Shown: positions 1-13,869, counted from the stretch's first letter. The stretch: DNA of 64,000 nucleotides from Macrostomum lignano (GCA_002269645.1 NIVC01001997.1:19143-83142), one strand, 5' to 3'. Numbers and translations are program-made. The notes: generated from the sequence alone by a model not told the origin.

Positions 1-1060
1 GTGTCTAATCTCTCCCTTGTCGATCTATTCCTAGTGTCTAATCTCTCCCTTGTCGATCTATTCCCAGTGTCTAATCTCTCCCTTGTCGACCTATTCCTAG
101 TGTCTAATCTCTCCCTTGTCGATCTATTCCTAGTGTCTAAATCTCTCCCTTGTAGATCTATTCTCAGTGTCTAATCTCTCCCTTGTCGATCTATTCCTAG
201 TGTCTAATCTCTCCCTTGTCGATCTATTCCTAGTGTCTAATCTCTCCCTTGTCGATCTATTCCCAGTGTCTAATCTCTCCCTTGTTGATCTATTCCTAGT
301 GTCTAATCTCTCCCTTGTCGATCTATTCCCAGTGTCTAATCTCTCCCTTGTCGATCTATTCCTAGTGTCTAATCTCTCCCTTGTCGATCTATTCCCAGTG
401 TCTAATCTCTCCCTTGTCGATCTATTCCCAGTGTCTAATCTCTCCCTTGTCGATCTATTCCTAGTGTCTAATCTCTCCCTTGTCGATCTATTCCCAGTGT
501 CTAATCTCTCCCTTGTCGACCTATTCCTAGTGTCTAATCTCTCCCTTGTCGATCTATTCCTAGTGTCTAAATCTCTCCCTTGTAGATCTATTCTCAGTGT
601 CTAATCTCTCCCTTGTCGATCTATTCCTAGTGTCTAATCTCTCCCTTGTCGATCTATTCCCAGTGTCTAATCTCTCCCTGGGAATCTATTTCCGTTTTCA
701 GTGTCTAATCTCTCCCTTGTCGATCTATTCCTAGTGTCTAATCTCCCCCTTGTCGATCTATTCACAGTGTCTAATCTCTCCCTTGTGATCTATTCCCAGT
801 GTCTAATCTCTCCCTGGGAATATTCCTAGTGTCTAATCTCTCCCTGGTAATCTATTCCTAGTGTCTAATCTCTCCCTTGTGATCTAAATCCAGTGTCTAA
901 TCTCTCCCTTGTCGATCTATTCCTAGTGTCTAATCTTCTCCTTGTAGATCTATTCCCAATGTCTAATCTCTCCCTTGTCGATCCATTCCTAGTGTCTAAT
1001 CTTCTCCTTGTAGATCTATTCCCAATGTCTAATCTCCCCTGTGAATCTATTCCTAGTGTC
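1..1060. repeat. 33-bp minisatellite (GTGTCTAATCTCTCCCTTGTCGATCTATTCCTA), truncated by window start
   Basis: About 32 tandem units read directly; an internal block recurs at ~430-bp spacing (61 vs 491). Confidence 0.97.
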
Positions 1061-2374
1061 CCAATATTTATTATATTTATTTATACTGTAATTTTCTCTA
1101 TCGGCAACTCATGCAGCAGAGAATTAAGTTAATACCGTCTCACCTGCACCAGTTAATCCATCAATTTCTCTCTCAATAGAAAGCTCTGTATTGTTACGAA
1201 AGATTAAAATGAGAGCTCAGTCTACTGCAGCCTTGTGTCGGAAGTTGGAAGGCTTGCGGTTATCCGGAAGTCGCAAAAAATCTACCTTTCTGAAGGAATA
1301 TAAGTCTGTCACGAAAACATATAGTTGATTGAAGAATAAGTTCTTGGATGCGGAAACCTTTATAATATCATTTCTGAGAAAATTGTATAACAATTCCAAG
1401 GGCCTGTAGTTTGAAGCACGCACGCTGACAATAAGTTTCCGTCTTATCTCCTACCGTGGATCTATCCGTGGATCCCTACGTTCTCGCGGAGATGGACTGG
1501 AATCCAAAATTTCAGAAGTGAAAAAATTACAATAAGATTTTGGATCTAGTGGGAGCTAAGATTCTAATCTAGATATTAAGCGGTCCATGGTGACTCGCAG
1601 AATTTAGAGGAAGTAGCAAGTCTGTTTCTAGTCCAGTAATTGAGAGGTCCATGGCGATTGGTGACTCGCACCATTTTAAGTACATGTAATTCACTAGCTA
1701 GCCTTCCAGTCCAGGTGTTCTTCTGAGGTCCATGGTCACTCGTAAGATTTAAGATTTAGAGACTGAAGTCTGTTTCCATTTCAGGCAGCGTTCCGAGGTC
1801 CATGATGACTCGCTACTTGAAGAAAAGTTTGAATAATCTACTTTCAGTCCAGTACCTATACTCCCTGCAGTCCAGTTCTATCCAGAAGTCCTCGGTGTAT
1901 CCCTATTTTCCGTGGCAGCATATTCCATTCTCAATTTATCAGCAACCCGGCGACTTTGAGCTAAGGCAGGTATAAATATAAGAGGCCAGAAAGGCCGTGA
2001 ATGTGGGAACACCAAAAGAGGACGCTATTTTATAAGAATTCCATAGCAGGAAGTGACATGGCATGGCTATATTTACAGTCGTGTTTGACTGCACGCGGCT
2101 TGAATTTCAAAAGAATTAAAAAATTACACCGAAATAAAGCTGAGTGGGCAGACGGGAGCGAGGTACAGAAGCAATCGCCTCATTCATTTTCTCAAGGGAG
2201 CTGGTAGCTGTCTGGATATGGAGTGTTTTCTGGCTGACGTGACCTTCCTGCGATCCCTCAACTCGTCTCACCCGACTACTCAAGTGTCAGATTCAGGGGG
2301 TCTATACGAGGGCGTTGACGTCACGGAAAGCATTGAAGGTCGGAAAATCCTTTCAAAGCAGACATGCCGACGTG

Positions 2375-3400
2375 ATAGGGAAATTATGGGGAACACAGAT
2401 GAGGAAATGATTGGGAAACGATGGGAACAGAGATGGGGAAATGATTGGGAAAGGATGGGAACAGAGATGGGTAAATGATGGTGAACAGAGATGGGGAAAT
2501 GATGGGGAACAGAGATAGGGAAATGATTGGGAAATGATGGGGGGAAGTGAAGGGAACAGAGATGGGGGAAATGATGGTGAACAGAGATGGGGGAATGATA
2601 GAGAACAGAGATGGGGAAGTGAAGGGAACAGAGATGGGGGAATGATGGGGAAATGATGGAGAACAGAGATGGGGAAATGATAAAGAACAGAGACGGGGAA
2701 ATGATGGAGAACAGAGACGGGGAAATGATGGAGAACAGAGATGGGGAAATGATGGAGAACAGAGATGGGGAAATGATGAAGAACAGAGATCGGGAAATGA
2801 TGGGGAACAGAGACGGGGAAATGATGGTGAACAGAGACGGGGAAATGATGGAGAACAGAGATAGGGAAATGATTGGGAACAAAGATGGGGAAGTGGGGGA
2901 ACAGAAATGAGGAAATGATAGAGAACAGAGATGGGGAAATGATGGGGAACAGAGACGGGGAAATGATGGTGAACAGAGACGGGGAAATGATGGAGAACAG
3001 AGATAGGGAAATGATTGGGAACAAAGATGGGGAAGTGGGGGAACAGAAATGAGGAAATGATAGAGAACAGAGACGGGGAAATGATGGAGAACAGAGATGG
3101 GGAAATGATGGGGAACAGAGACGGGGAAATGATGAAGAACAGAGATCGGGAAATGATGGGGAACAGAGACGGGGAAATGATGGTGAACAGAGACGGGGAA
3201 ATGATGGAGAACAGAGATAGGGAAATGATTGGGAACAAAGATGGGGAAGTGGGGGAACAGAAATGAGGAAATGATAGAGAACAGAGATGGGGAAATGATG
3301 GGGAACAGAGATGGGGAAATGATGGGGAACAGTGATGGGGAAATCATGGGGAGTAAAGATTGGGAATTGATGGAGAACAGGAGGGGGAATGTATCGGTAA
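2375..3400. repeat. 24-bp purine-rich minisatellite (GGAGAACAGAGATGGGGAAATGAT)
   Basis: Tandem units; produces the spurious MMENRDGE and SPSLFPII ORFs. Confidence 0.95.
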
Positions 3401-3884
3401 AGGAGGAGCCAAGAGACAGGGCGATGGGCGATGGGGAAAATTGGAAAAAATTTCCCTAAGTTTCTTGTTAGTTAATCATTTATGTGGAGTAAATGGAGTG
3501 TGAGCCAGGGACCACTTTCGGGGCACATTAATATCGATTAGGCCTCGTTCAGTAGGTAAATGAAACGGCCTTCAGAAACAGCTTGCGTATAACAGCTTCA
3601 CAGGTTTTTCAATACTCTCCATTATTCTTGGACTTGGCTTTAAAGCTAAGGTCCGCAATCGGGCATGAGGAGGAAAATCCAGCATCTAATTAGGATCCGT
3701 GAAGCAGAGCTCATAGACTTTACTCAATAGTAAAGCTTCCTGATTCATATTTGCTTTATTAAAATCCGATTGCTTGCTTGCAACTTGCTTCGGCGAAAGT
3801 TAATTAAAGGAAGCAATTAATTAGAATCAAAGCTAGCTGACGAATAGAAGCGAAAATACATATCTGTTGTGCTTTCTTACTCTT

Positions 3885-4990
3885 GTGTTTTCTCTTGTTT
3901 ATCTCGCATTTTCTCTTGTGTTTATCTCGCTTTTTTTCTTGTGTTTATCTCGCCTTTTCTCTTGTGTTTATCTCGCCTTTTCTCTTGTGTTTATCTCGCA
4001 TTTTCTCTTGTGTTTATCTCGCTTTTTCTCTTGTGTTTATCTCGCATTTTCTCTTGTGTTTATCTCGCCTTTTCTCTTGTGTTTATCTCGCATTTTCTCT
4101 TGTGTTTATCTCGCTTTTTCTCTTGTGTTTATCTCGCATTTTCTCTTGTGTTTATCTCGTTTTTTCTCTTGTGTTTATCTCGCATTTTCTCTTGTGTTTA
4201 TCTCGCATTTTCTCTTGTGTTTATCTCGCTTTTTCTCTTGTGTTTATCTCGCTTTTTCTCTTGTGTTTATCTCGCATTTTCTCTTGTGTTTATCTCGCAT
4301 TTTCTCTTGTGTTTATCTCGCTTTTTCTCTTGTGTTTATCTCGCTTTTTCTCTTGTGTTTATCTCGCATTTTCTCTTGTGTTTATCTCGCTTTTTCTCTT
4401 GTGTTTATCTCGCATTTTCTCTTGTGTTCATCTCGCATTCTTCTTGTGTTTATCTCGCATTCTTCTTGTGTTTATCTCGCCTTTTCTCTTGTGTTTATTC
4501 CGCCTTTTCTCTTGTGTTTATCTCCCCTTTTCTCTTGTGTTTATCTCGCTTTTTCTCTTGCGTTTATCTCGCCTTTCTCTTGTGTTTATCTCGCATTTTT
4601 CTTGTGTTTATCTCTCCTTTTACTCATGTGTTTATCTCGCCTTTTCTCATGTGTTTATCTCGCCTTTTCTCTTGTGTTTATTTCGCCTTATCTCTTGTGT
4701 TTCTCTCGAATTTTCTCGTGTGTTTATCTCGGCTTTTTTCTTGTGTTTATCTCGCCTTTTCTCTTCTGTTTATCTCACCGTCTTTCTCTTGTGTTTATAT
4801 CACCCTTCTTTTGTGTTTATCTCGTCTTTTCTCTTGTGTTTATCTTGCCTTTTCTCTTGTTTATTTTATCTTTTCTCTTGTGTTTATCTCACCCTTGTTC
4901 TTGTGGTTATTTCCCCTTTTTGTCTCGTGTTTATAGCACTCTTATTTTCGTGTTGTGTTTATCTTCTTCTCACCCTCTTGTGTTTATCCC
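3885..4990. repeat. 23-bp pyrimidine-rich minisatellite (TTTTCTCTTGTGTTTATCTCGCA)
   Basis: About 48 tandem units degrading toward the 3' end; ORFs in all three frames show it is stop-free repeat. Confidence 0.96.
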
Positions 4991-5469
4991 ACCATAAATT
5001 AAAAAGCTGTAAAAATCATTCTAAATGCAGATTATGCCTGTGAGCTGCAGCTTTCAAGTAACAATGTTGACCTACCCAGAGACTTATAAAGTCCAGCGCT
5101 GATGAGTCCGCGGTGATTGCGGGGCTGCCTGAGCCACAATTTATTGGCAACAAATTTGAGATGCTTGCTTCAGGATACTAGAAGCTATTCGCTTCTCCTC
5201 TGCTCTCCTCTTCATCAATCCAGCATCACTCATATTTTCCTAATGAGGTGCTGAGCATTGGTTGACTCTATATATACATCTAAAAAAACATTTTTGCATT
5301 TTTTGCGGCCGCTTTTTTCAGCTCATAATAATGCTTCTGTTTGACTGAGCTTTATGTGTATTTGGGCCGATAGCTATTAATAATTTAAAAAAATAATATC
5401 CCCTATAATAATTATAGCATATTGGCAATGTCTGCATGCTGTTCGATTTCTGAACCAAGCGGGATAAAG

Positions 5470-6350
5470 AGAGAGAGTCAGGACAAAAATTTGGGAGTAG
5501 AGTCAGGCAGAATTTGGGGAGAGTCAGGCAGAATTTGGGAAGAGAGTCAGGCAGAATTTGGGGAGAGAGTCAGGCAGAATTTGGGAAGAGAGTAAGGCGG
5601 AATTTGGGAAGAGAGTCAGGCAGAATTTGGGGAGAGAGTCAGGCAGAATTTGGGGAGAGAGTAAAGCAGAATTTGGGAAGAGAGTCAGGCAGAATTTGGG
5701 GAGAGAGTCAGGCAGACATAGGGAGGGGGAGAGTCAGACAGACACGAGAAGAGAGTCAGACAGACACGAGGAGAGAGTCAGACAGACACGAGGAGAGAGT
5801 CAGACAGACAGGAGGAGAGAGTCAGACAGACAGGAGGAGAGAGTCAGACAGACAGGAGGAGAGAGTCATACAGACACGAGGGGAGAGTCAGACAGACAGG
5901 AGGAGAGAGTCAGACAGACAGGAGGAGAGAGTCAGACAGACAGGAGGAGAGAGTCATACAGACACGAGGGGAGAGTCAGACAGACAGGAGGAGAGAGTCA
6001 GACAGACAGGAGGAGAGAGTCAGACAGACAGGAGGAGAGAGTCATACAGACACGAGGGGAGAGTCAGACAGACAGGAGGAGAGAGTCAGACAGACAGGAG
6101 GAGAGAGTCAGACAGACAGGAGGAGAGAGTCAGACAGACAGGAGGAGAGAGTCATACAGACACGAGGGGAGAGTCAGACAGACAGGAGGAGAGAGTCAGA
6201 CAGACAGGAGGAGAGAGTCATACAGACACGAGGGGAGAGTCAGACAGACAGGAGGAGAGAGTCATACAGACACGAGGGGAGAGTCAGACAGACACGAGGA
6301 GAGTCAGACAGACACGAGGAGAGTCAGACAGACACGAGGGGAGAGTCGGA
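5470..6350. repeat. Compound minisatellite: 23-bp GAGAGAGTCAGGCAGAATTTGGG grading into 22-bp GAGAGAGTCAGACAGACAGGAG
   Basis: Two related units sharing GAGAGAGTCAG; switch at ~5720. Confidence 0.95.
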
Positions 6351-6856
6351 CAGAAAAAGGAAACTCAGGCAAAGGGCGGACATTCTCCGCCCAAAGCAAT
6401 TTCAAGAGAATAAAAAAGAGTTAATTGATTTGTTAATCTTTTAAATTTTCAGTTTCAGCTAAAATTTCTTTAGTCATTGTATACCTTTGTCTGCTTCATG
6501 TGTTCGTCTGTGTGAGAGAAGAGAGAAACAGGAGATGAAGAGGCGACGCAGAGAGGCTGCTCGGCGCCTTCATCACTGGAAGTGATCAATAAAAATATTG
6601 ATTGGGTAAAGGCATGCGACAGGCCCTGGGGTGGCGAAGTCAGTCAGTCAGCTTCACCTCCTGCCTCTCTCTGCCACTTGCTTCTCTTCTCGGGCTGAGC
6701 ACAGTGCATTGGCTGATGTTATGAATTTGCGCTTTATTGCTAATTTCCACTCAAAGCACTGCTCTCGTAGTCTAGTCTGATTTGAACCGCTCAGTTTAAT
6801 GCATTTACATGAGCATGTAGACGGATTGAACTCTTACATTGACTGTGCACTTTTAT

Positions 6857-6915
6857 CTGTCTGTCTGTCTGTCTTCCTGCCAATTTATCTATTCGAATAT
6901 CTGTATATCTGTCTG

Positions 6916-6994
<79 letters not shown>

Positions 6995-6995
6995 G

Positions 6996-7031
<36 letters not shown>
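6857..7031. repeat. (TCTG)n/(TCTA)n microsatellite
   Basis: Directly visible. Confidence 0.95.
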
Positions 7032-7032
<1 letters not shown>

Positions 7033-7734
7033 TCAGTCCATCTTTTTATATGAAGTATTTATATGAAGTAGGCCCACGCTGGAAAGCCTGATGCAGTGCT
7101 CAGTAGAGCAATACTTCTTTCAACCCTGTCCCACAGCCTGCCAAATCCCAACTCCCATTTCAATCCTGAGCCGCGGCGGCCGGCCTGTCCTCCCTCATTC
7201 CCGCTGCTCGGGAATGTCTGTCTCCGTGTCGATTAGAGTTTTTCCGCTTTCGACCCCGGAGAGATTGGAGACTGGGTTGGAAGCGGAGTTGAAGGGCGGA
7301 GCGGTTTAAATTAAAAGCAACCGCAGTGGAAAGAAAATGCCTTCTTGGGTTGCCTTCTTTTCTTCCCTTTCCCCCCTTTCCGACTCTTTCGGTTGGCAAG
7401 CTTCCATGCAGTTCCAGAACCGAGTGAAAGCCGGCTAGAGAAGTGTCGACCGTTTCTCTAAGCTGGTCAACTTGAGATGGCGAAGAAGTTTCTTTTCGGT
7501 TGCAAGCAAGCAGTAAGAAAGCAAATATGCGCTGCAAACATTTCTGGTCTAGTCGTGTGTGCAGAGCTGAGGCCTGTACGCTCGTAGCTGTCTCGTTCGC
7601 GTTGCGTTTCTTCGTTTAGAAATGAAGCTCAACTAATCTTGCTTTCTATCTGGAGCCTCTGTCTCTAAATCTCCATCTAGATGTCTCTCTCTCACCCGGC
7701 ATCACCTGCATGCATCTCACTACCCTTAAATCTC

Positions 7735-8375
7735 TCCCCTTCATCTCTCCCTTTCATCCCTCCCCTTCATCCCTCCCTTTCATCCATCCCCTTCATCTCT
7801 TCCTTCGTCTCTCCCCTTTATCTCTCCCTTTCATCTCTGCCCTTCATCTCTCCTCTTCATCTCTGCCCTTCATCTCTCCTCTTCATCTCTGCCCTTCATC
7901 TCTTCTCTTCATCTCTGCCCTTCATCTCTCCTCTTCATCTTTGCCCTTCATCTCTCCTCTTCATCTTTGCCCTTCATCTCTCCTCTTCATCTCTGCCCTT
8001 CATCTCTTCTCTTCATGTCTGCATTTTATCTCTGCCCTTCATCTCTCCCCTTCATCTCTCCTCTTCATCTCCACGTTTAATCTCTTCTCTTCATCTCTCC
8101 CTTTCATCTCTGCCCTTCATCTCTCCTCTTCATCTCTGCCCTTCATCTCTCCTCTTCATCTCTGCCCTTCATCCCTGCTCTTCATCTCTGCCCTTCATCT
8201 CTCCCCTTCATCTCTCCTCTTCATCTCTTCTCTTCATCTCTCCTCTTCATATCTGCCCTTCATCTCTGCCTTTCATCTCTGCCTTTCATCTCTGCCCTTC
8301 ATCTCTCCCTTTCATCTCTGCTCTTCATCTCTGCCCTTCATCTCTGCCCTTCATCTCTGCCCTTTATCTCTCCCC
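7735..8375. repeat. 13-bp pyrimidine-rich minisatellite (CCCTTCATCTCTG / CTCTTCATCTCTC)
   Basis: Alternating 13-mer variants. Confidence 0.93.
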
Positions 8376-9535
8376 TCTATCTCTCCACTCAATTCACTCG
8401 TACCTTACATCCCTTCGCCCTTAAAAATAATATTTCTGTTGTCCGAGTTTCTATCGATATATTTGCGCAAGCAAATCGTTCATCGTTAGGCCTAGGTCAA
8501 AGCTATTCGATTCTAAATGCAGGACTAGCGCGTTTGGCCGTTTCAAGAACAGCCAACTGCATGTATGCTTCCACTTTGTCGCAATTGGAAATCAATGGAG
8601 GCCTTGATGCTTCATACTTGTCTCTTGTCCTTGAGTTGAGCACTAGGTAACTCAACTCACGCTTAGGAAGTAAGCACCTGCCGTGAGATATTATTCTTTT
8701 TTACATAACAAAAATAACTAACACCGTGTAAAAACGAGCTGAGAGCAAAATTTGAATGCCAATAATATGATAGCTGCTGCTACTTAGTTGGTGTATTTTC
8801 TTTTACTTTATCGTGGATTTTGCCACAATTAACAAATAATTAAAGTCTGGTGATCCAATATTATGCCTATAAAATACTATAACAATAATAAGTGTCAACT
8901 AACTTCGAAGGTTAAATAGTGGAAGATTGGTAAACGCTACTAGAACTACCATTGTGGGTGTAATTATTTTTATCAAATAGTCAATCATTGCAGAGATAAC
9001 GTTTCAGCTTAGACTGAGGTTTAAATCCAGCTGTTTCTGTAGCTTGGTTTAGCATATATAATTGATCTCATTGATAAGGCCTGTAATTGATATGCTGGCT
9101 TTGAAGTTCCATAAAATAGCCGACTTTTAATATTTGAGTAAATTTTATTTATTTTTGCCTTAATAAAACAGTTTTTACGACCTACTGGTCCTCTGCCGTT
9201 TTCTAAAATTGAATTTAAAAATCGATTAAAAGTGGCTGTCTATCTACCAACTGATTTCTAATACTGATTGTGCTTCACAGTATTTTCAAATTGGGTTACA
9301 ATATTAATAACTTGCGTATTTTTCTATTTTTGCTTAATCTGTTGCTGTATAAAGTTTGCTAATTTAAAATTTAATACGACAGGGGAGAGTTCATACATAG
9401 GGTCGAAATCGAGGTCAAATATCTGGTGACTCGTTGCTCGGTTGTTATGCTAGTTTTCCAGATAGATTCCAGCTAAGTACGAGAGGTTAACACTGGACTC
9501 AAGCATTGAGTCTGACTAAATATCGAACATTCGGC

Positions 9536-11128
9536 TTAGGGTCCATCATACTCGGCGCCATCGTTAGCCTCGCCAGCGGCAGCGGCCGAGCGCTGTCGCA
9601 CCTTGTGCACGCTGATGCTCGGCTTGCCGCGCTCAGCGCCAGCGATCGGCGTCAACTCACCAGTGACATCAGCGCTGCAGCCGTCGTACGCGACGCTGCT
9701 GTCGCCGCCTCCAACAGCGTTGATAGCCTGAATTGTCTCGTCGCTATCGTCGCCTGTGAGATAGATTTTCAAGAAGCAGCAGAGCAACAGGAAGTGCACC
9801 CCGGCGTCCAGGCTGAAGACCATTCCAGGAAACATGTCCACGGTGGCGGCGTAGATGGGCGTAAACAGAGCCGGCCCGATCAGGTTGGCCAGAGCTTCCG
9901 CGCAGGATAGCAGCGAGAAAGTCTGACCGATTTCCGCCTCGTCGACCAGCTTGGAGGTCATGGATTTTGTGACAGACACAATGAACCCAGCGAAGCAGCC
10001 GAGAACGGCGCTGGCAAACAGTAGCCACGTTTTCTGAGCAAGGCTGGTGATCACCAGGCGAATGATCTTCATCAGGAGGCCCACCATGACCAGAACGGAG
10101 TCGCGAGGCTTCATAAAACGCGTCAGCAGCGGCAGGATGAGCACAAGGTTGAGTCCCATGCAGGCGTAGTACACGGACAGATAATAGCCATAGTACTGAC
10201 CTGGCCAGTTGAACGGAGCGTGCTCCACCAGCAACAAGATCACGTCCTGCTCCCCTTGCTTGCAAATCTGGTTGACGCACAGGGAGACGAACAAGAACAC
10301 GAGCATCAGCTGCTGGGGACGTCGCTGCAGTAGGAAGCCGATGGAGTCTCGCACAGAGAGGCTCCTGGTGGCGGTGTTCACGCACGGACACGCCAGCTGA
10401 AGACAGCCGGCATCGTCAGAGGACTCCACGGACTCGACTACAAGCAGTACGATGATCAGCTCGAGCACTAGGTTGACAACCAAGATGACGATCAGCATGG
10501 AGTGGACGCTGCCGAAGCTCTGGAACACTCCGGTGAACAGGGAGCCCAGAAAGATGCCGAAGAAATTCATCGCCAGGAGGCGACCAAGAAGCTCCGTTCG
10601 ATCCTCGCGGCTGCTTGTGTCGGCCACGTAGCTGCTGCAGGCCATGGTCATAACCGTAGACTTGCCGAAGAAGCCGTACACAGTAGCGCCGACCATCACC
10701 CAGACGAGAGTCGCGGCGCCTCCGACCGCGCTACCGACAGCGAAGCAGCCGACAGCGAGAACAGCGCCAAGAGGAGGCAGCATCATCGGGTACTTGCGAC
10801 CCACGCGGTCGCTCCACGATCCGGCGAACAAGCAGAAGAACACCGCCGGCAGGTTAAGCAGAATCCGGTACGCCAGCAAGTAGTTTGAGGCCTTCCGCTG
10901 CAAATCGTTCTCTTCTTTGCTAGTCATGCGACGCCGACCGATTGAGTGCCAGTCGCCCGGCTGCTGTGAGTCGCACACAGGCGGGGGAATGCCCTCTCCC
11001 ACGCACACCTGCTGGTAGATGAATATCCGAATTGACGGCTGCAGCAGACTCTCCGAGGCCTTGTAGAGAAAGAACACCAGCATCACCAGGTAGGACGAAA
11101 TGCGGCGCTTAGCCGCGTCCGTCAGCAT
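9536..11128 (-). CDS. SLC46-family (proton-coupled folate transporter-like) MFS transporter, intronless, 530 aa
   Basis: Single ORF with ~12 hydrophobic segments, MFS loop motif GSWSDRVGRK, the YVADTSSREDRT segment typical of SLC46, a Cys-containing first extracellular loop and GC-rich codon usage. Confidence 0.88.
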   Translation of the reverse strand: MLTDAAKRRISSYLVMLVFFLYKASESLLQPSIRIFIYQQVCVGEGIPPPVCDSQQPGDWHSIGRRRMTSKEENDLQRKASNYLLAYRILLNLPAVFFCLFAGSWSDRVGRKYPMMLPPLGAVLAVGCFAVGSAVGGAATLVWVMVGATVYGFFGKSTVMTMACSSYVADTSSREDRTELLGRLLAMNFFGIFLGSLFTGVFQSFGSVHSMLIVILVVNLVLELIIVLLVVESVESSDDAGCLQLACPCVNTATRSLSVRDSIGFLLQRRPQQLMLVFLFVSLCVNQICKQGEQDVILLLVEHAPFNWPGQYYGYYLSVYYACMGLNLVLILPLLTRFMKPRDSVLVMVGLLMKIIRLVITSLAQKTWLLFASAVLGCFAGFIVSVTKSMTSKLVDEAEIGQTFSLLSCAEALANLIGPALFTPIYAATVDMFPGMVFSLDAGVHFLLLCCFLKIYLTGDDSDETIQAINAVGGGDSSVAYDGCSADVTGELTPIAGAERGKPSISVHKVRQRSAAAAGEANDGAEYDGP

Positions 11129-12399
11129 CCTTGCTTGCCTCCTCTCGTAGACGGATCGGGGAGCCCGCGGCGCCCCGACTCGGCTTGAGACTCTACGGGG
11201 AAAGATGAAGAAGTTGTAGAAGCAGCGCGAGAGAGAGACAGATGGAGGGGTATGCCTTTTATAGCTTTAGAGCTTGCTACACCAATGACAGATATGGCGG
11301 AGCCAGGGAGAGTCGGACGCCCGGAGATTGAACGGCAGAAGGGCCGAAGTATAAAGAGGATAGCGAGGGAGAGCAGATGGGGGATTTGGTTAAGAAGGCT
11401 GCCAGGCTTGGGAGATGAGAGCTCAGCCAATCCCATTGTTGGCTTCTGCCTCTCAGATCTGTCAGCCCCCGATGGCAGCAAACGCTTGGGCCCTTCACAG
11501 AATCATTTGAGTTGGAGGGGCTTGGTTTGAGTTTTCTTCTCAACAGCAAGCTGGCAGCATCCTTGGTCGAGAGTTTCTGGGCACCCCAGTTCTAAAAATA
11601 TTATTCTTGTTTCTCCTCTCTCTCGCCTGTCCTTGCATGTTTCTCATACATTTGTTCACATGCATACTGCCTCAGCTTTTCATCCGTGTGTCTCTTGTTT
11701 CATTGGGCCAATGTGTGTGTGTGTTTGGCAAATAATGGTCTTCTTAAAATACCGAGTTAGACTCAGTTACGCAGATACTAAATTTTTTCAAGTACTAGAA
11801 GTAGACTTACAGGAACCGCTGATGCAGTGACGCTCCGACTCCGTTTTGTCAATAGATAGTCGTCGTCGGGATTCCCTTGTGTACTTTAATTTTTTTACTG
11901 GAGCCGCGCCGGCTCAAGAGATCGATTGCAAATCGGCGCAGCGTACCGAAGTTCAGGGTTTGAATTTGAAGATCTATAGTTGAGCTATATATGTATTACT
12001 ATAGCTTGTAAGTCTATGAAAGCTATGTGGCTATGGTATTTATAATGTTTGCGCAAGTTTATTTGCCTTTTACTTTTATTCCCCCTGAATGTCCTTCATT
12101 AATCGTTCACACAATTTATATGGACATGAAAATGACACTGACAATTTCCCATATAGCATATAGTTAGCTGAAGTTTTGGGTTCTAGTTTATTCAGGCAAC
12201 AGAATATTCATTTTATCTAAAAGGACCGATACTAATCCGACTGAACAGTAATCAGAGTGCATTTTTTAAATTTCACTTATGCTTTTGTTCTGGGATTCTC
12301 GGTGATTTTTTCCTAACTGGCTTCGAAAAGACATACTCTGTTAATTGATTGATTTGTTTTCTTTTAATCTTCAGTTTTCTATTTTGTCTATTTTCCTTT

Positions 12400-12790
12400 T
12401 TGAGCTCTCTGCAGTTGTGTCTATGGTCCATATGGAGCTCTCAGTTGTCTAATAGTCCCTATGGAGCTCTCAGTTGTCTATGGTCCCTATGGAGCTCTCA
12501 GTTGTCTATGGTCCATAATGGAGAACCCTCAGTTGTCTATGGTCCCTAATGGAGAACCCTCAGTTGTCTATGGTCCCTAATGGAGAACCCTCAGTTGTCT
12601 ATGGTCCCTAATGGAGAACCCTCAGTTGTCTATGGTTCCTAATGGAGAACCCTCAGTTGTCTATGGTCCCTAATGGAGAACCCTCAGTTGTCTATGGTCC
12701 CTAATGGAGAATCCTCAGTTGTCTATGGTGCCTCTCGAGTTCTCTTGTCAATGGTCCTAATGGAACCCTCAGTTGTCTGACTCTATGGGA
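12400..12790. repeat. ~31-bp minisatellite (ATGGAGAACCCTCAGTTGTCTATGGTCCCTA)
   Basis: About 11 units with degenerate edges. Confidence 0.9.
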
Positions 12791-13869
12791 ACCCAGAGTG
12801 ACTATGGGAAACGTTAAGTGTCTATTGAAAACCATGAAAGTGGTCTACGGAACCTTCAGTTGTCTGTGGTAGTTCCAGTTGTCCAAAATAACCCCATTTG
12901 TTTAATTAAACTGCTAAATCGCCTATCATGGAACACAATTAAGAATTAAAGGTTTTGTTTTGGCAAGAAAGCTCTAAAGCTTGCATGTATAAATTACCCG
13001 TACTGTACAAGTAACGTCACCATGCAAGTTGCTCTTTTATTTTCTAAAACTGTAGTTATGTGAAGTACTCCACTATGGGCCCAACGGGAATGGGGTAAAA
13101 TCTGATTGGGATAAATTCAGAGGAAAATGGGATAGAGAGGAAGCAATAGGCTGGGGGATAGCCAGGCAGACAGAAGGAATTTATGCGAGTCTGCTAAAAT
13201 CGCTGGTCTCGTTGCCATGAAACCAGAAGCCCGTGCAGAATCTCAAGCTGTTCCTTTCCAATTTCTAAAACTGCTTGATCCCATGGGATGCATTTTGCCG
13301 GCGGGTTTGAGCCAAAAGGCGAGGGGATTTGGCAGAGACTGTTTGAGATAATCGAGAGCGCAATTGAGATCGGCGTTAAGGCATACATTAGAAATAAATC
13401 GAGACAGGTGCTCGAAAGAGAACTCTGAATTTTTAGCAGGATTGATGATTTCTGTTCTCTCAGCAATTTCAGCTCTCTATCATACAATATTTCGTTCCTT
13501 GTTCTGTATACTTTATACAGCAGTGTCGGAACATTTTTCAAAGTGGTTGGGGGGGGGCTATTGGTGTGGGAGGGCACATTGCATGTACTGTACATTTTTG
13601 TAATCTAAGGGCACCCTAACACCTGCTTTTATGGCAGTTTGTGACACTGTGATAACCAGGCCAATATAAATTCTGTGTTGGAAGTCGGAAAGTGCTCGAA
13701 TTTTCAACTGACTCAAACATTGCGCAACTGTACTGCACTATAATTTATTTAGTATATCACAAATGAATGAAAATTGCAAGGGCCAGACCAATCAGTTAAT
13801 TTTCTGGATCTCTTGGCTACCTCCTTCAGTTCCTATTGGCGCTGTCTCTTTATTCTGCTGACGGCATTT

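Noticed and set aside
6540-6620. LEVINKNIDWVK resembling an M1 aminopeptidase C-terminus
   Set aside because: Too short, with no supporting exons on the same strand; another frame gives an equally plausible terminal peptide.
167-8489. Long ORFs of 145-386 aa (167-604, 2280-3347, 3867-5043, 5514-6424, 7681-8489)
   Set aside because: All lie in tandem repeats that are stop-free in several frames; no domain content.
9744-10888. Overlapping alternative-frame and antisense ORFs within SLC46 (and likewise within SLC22, 42016-43422)
   Set aside because: Typical by-products of GC-rich codon usage.
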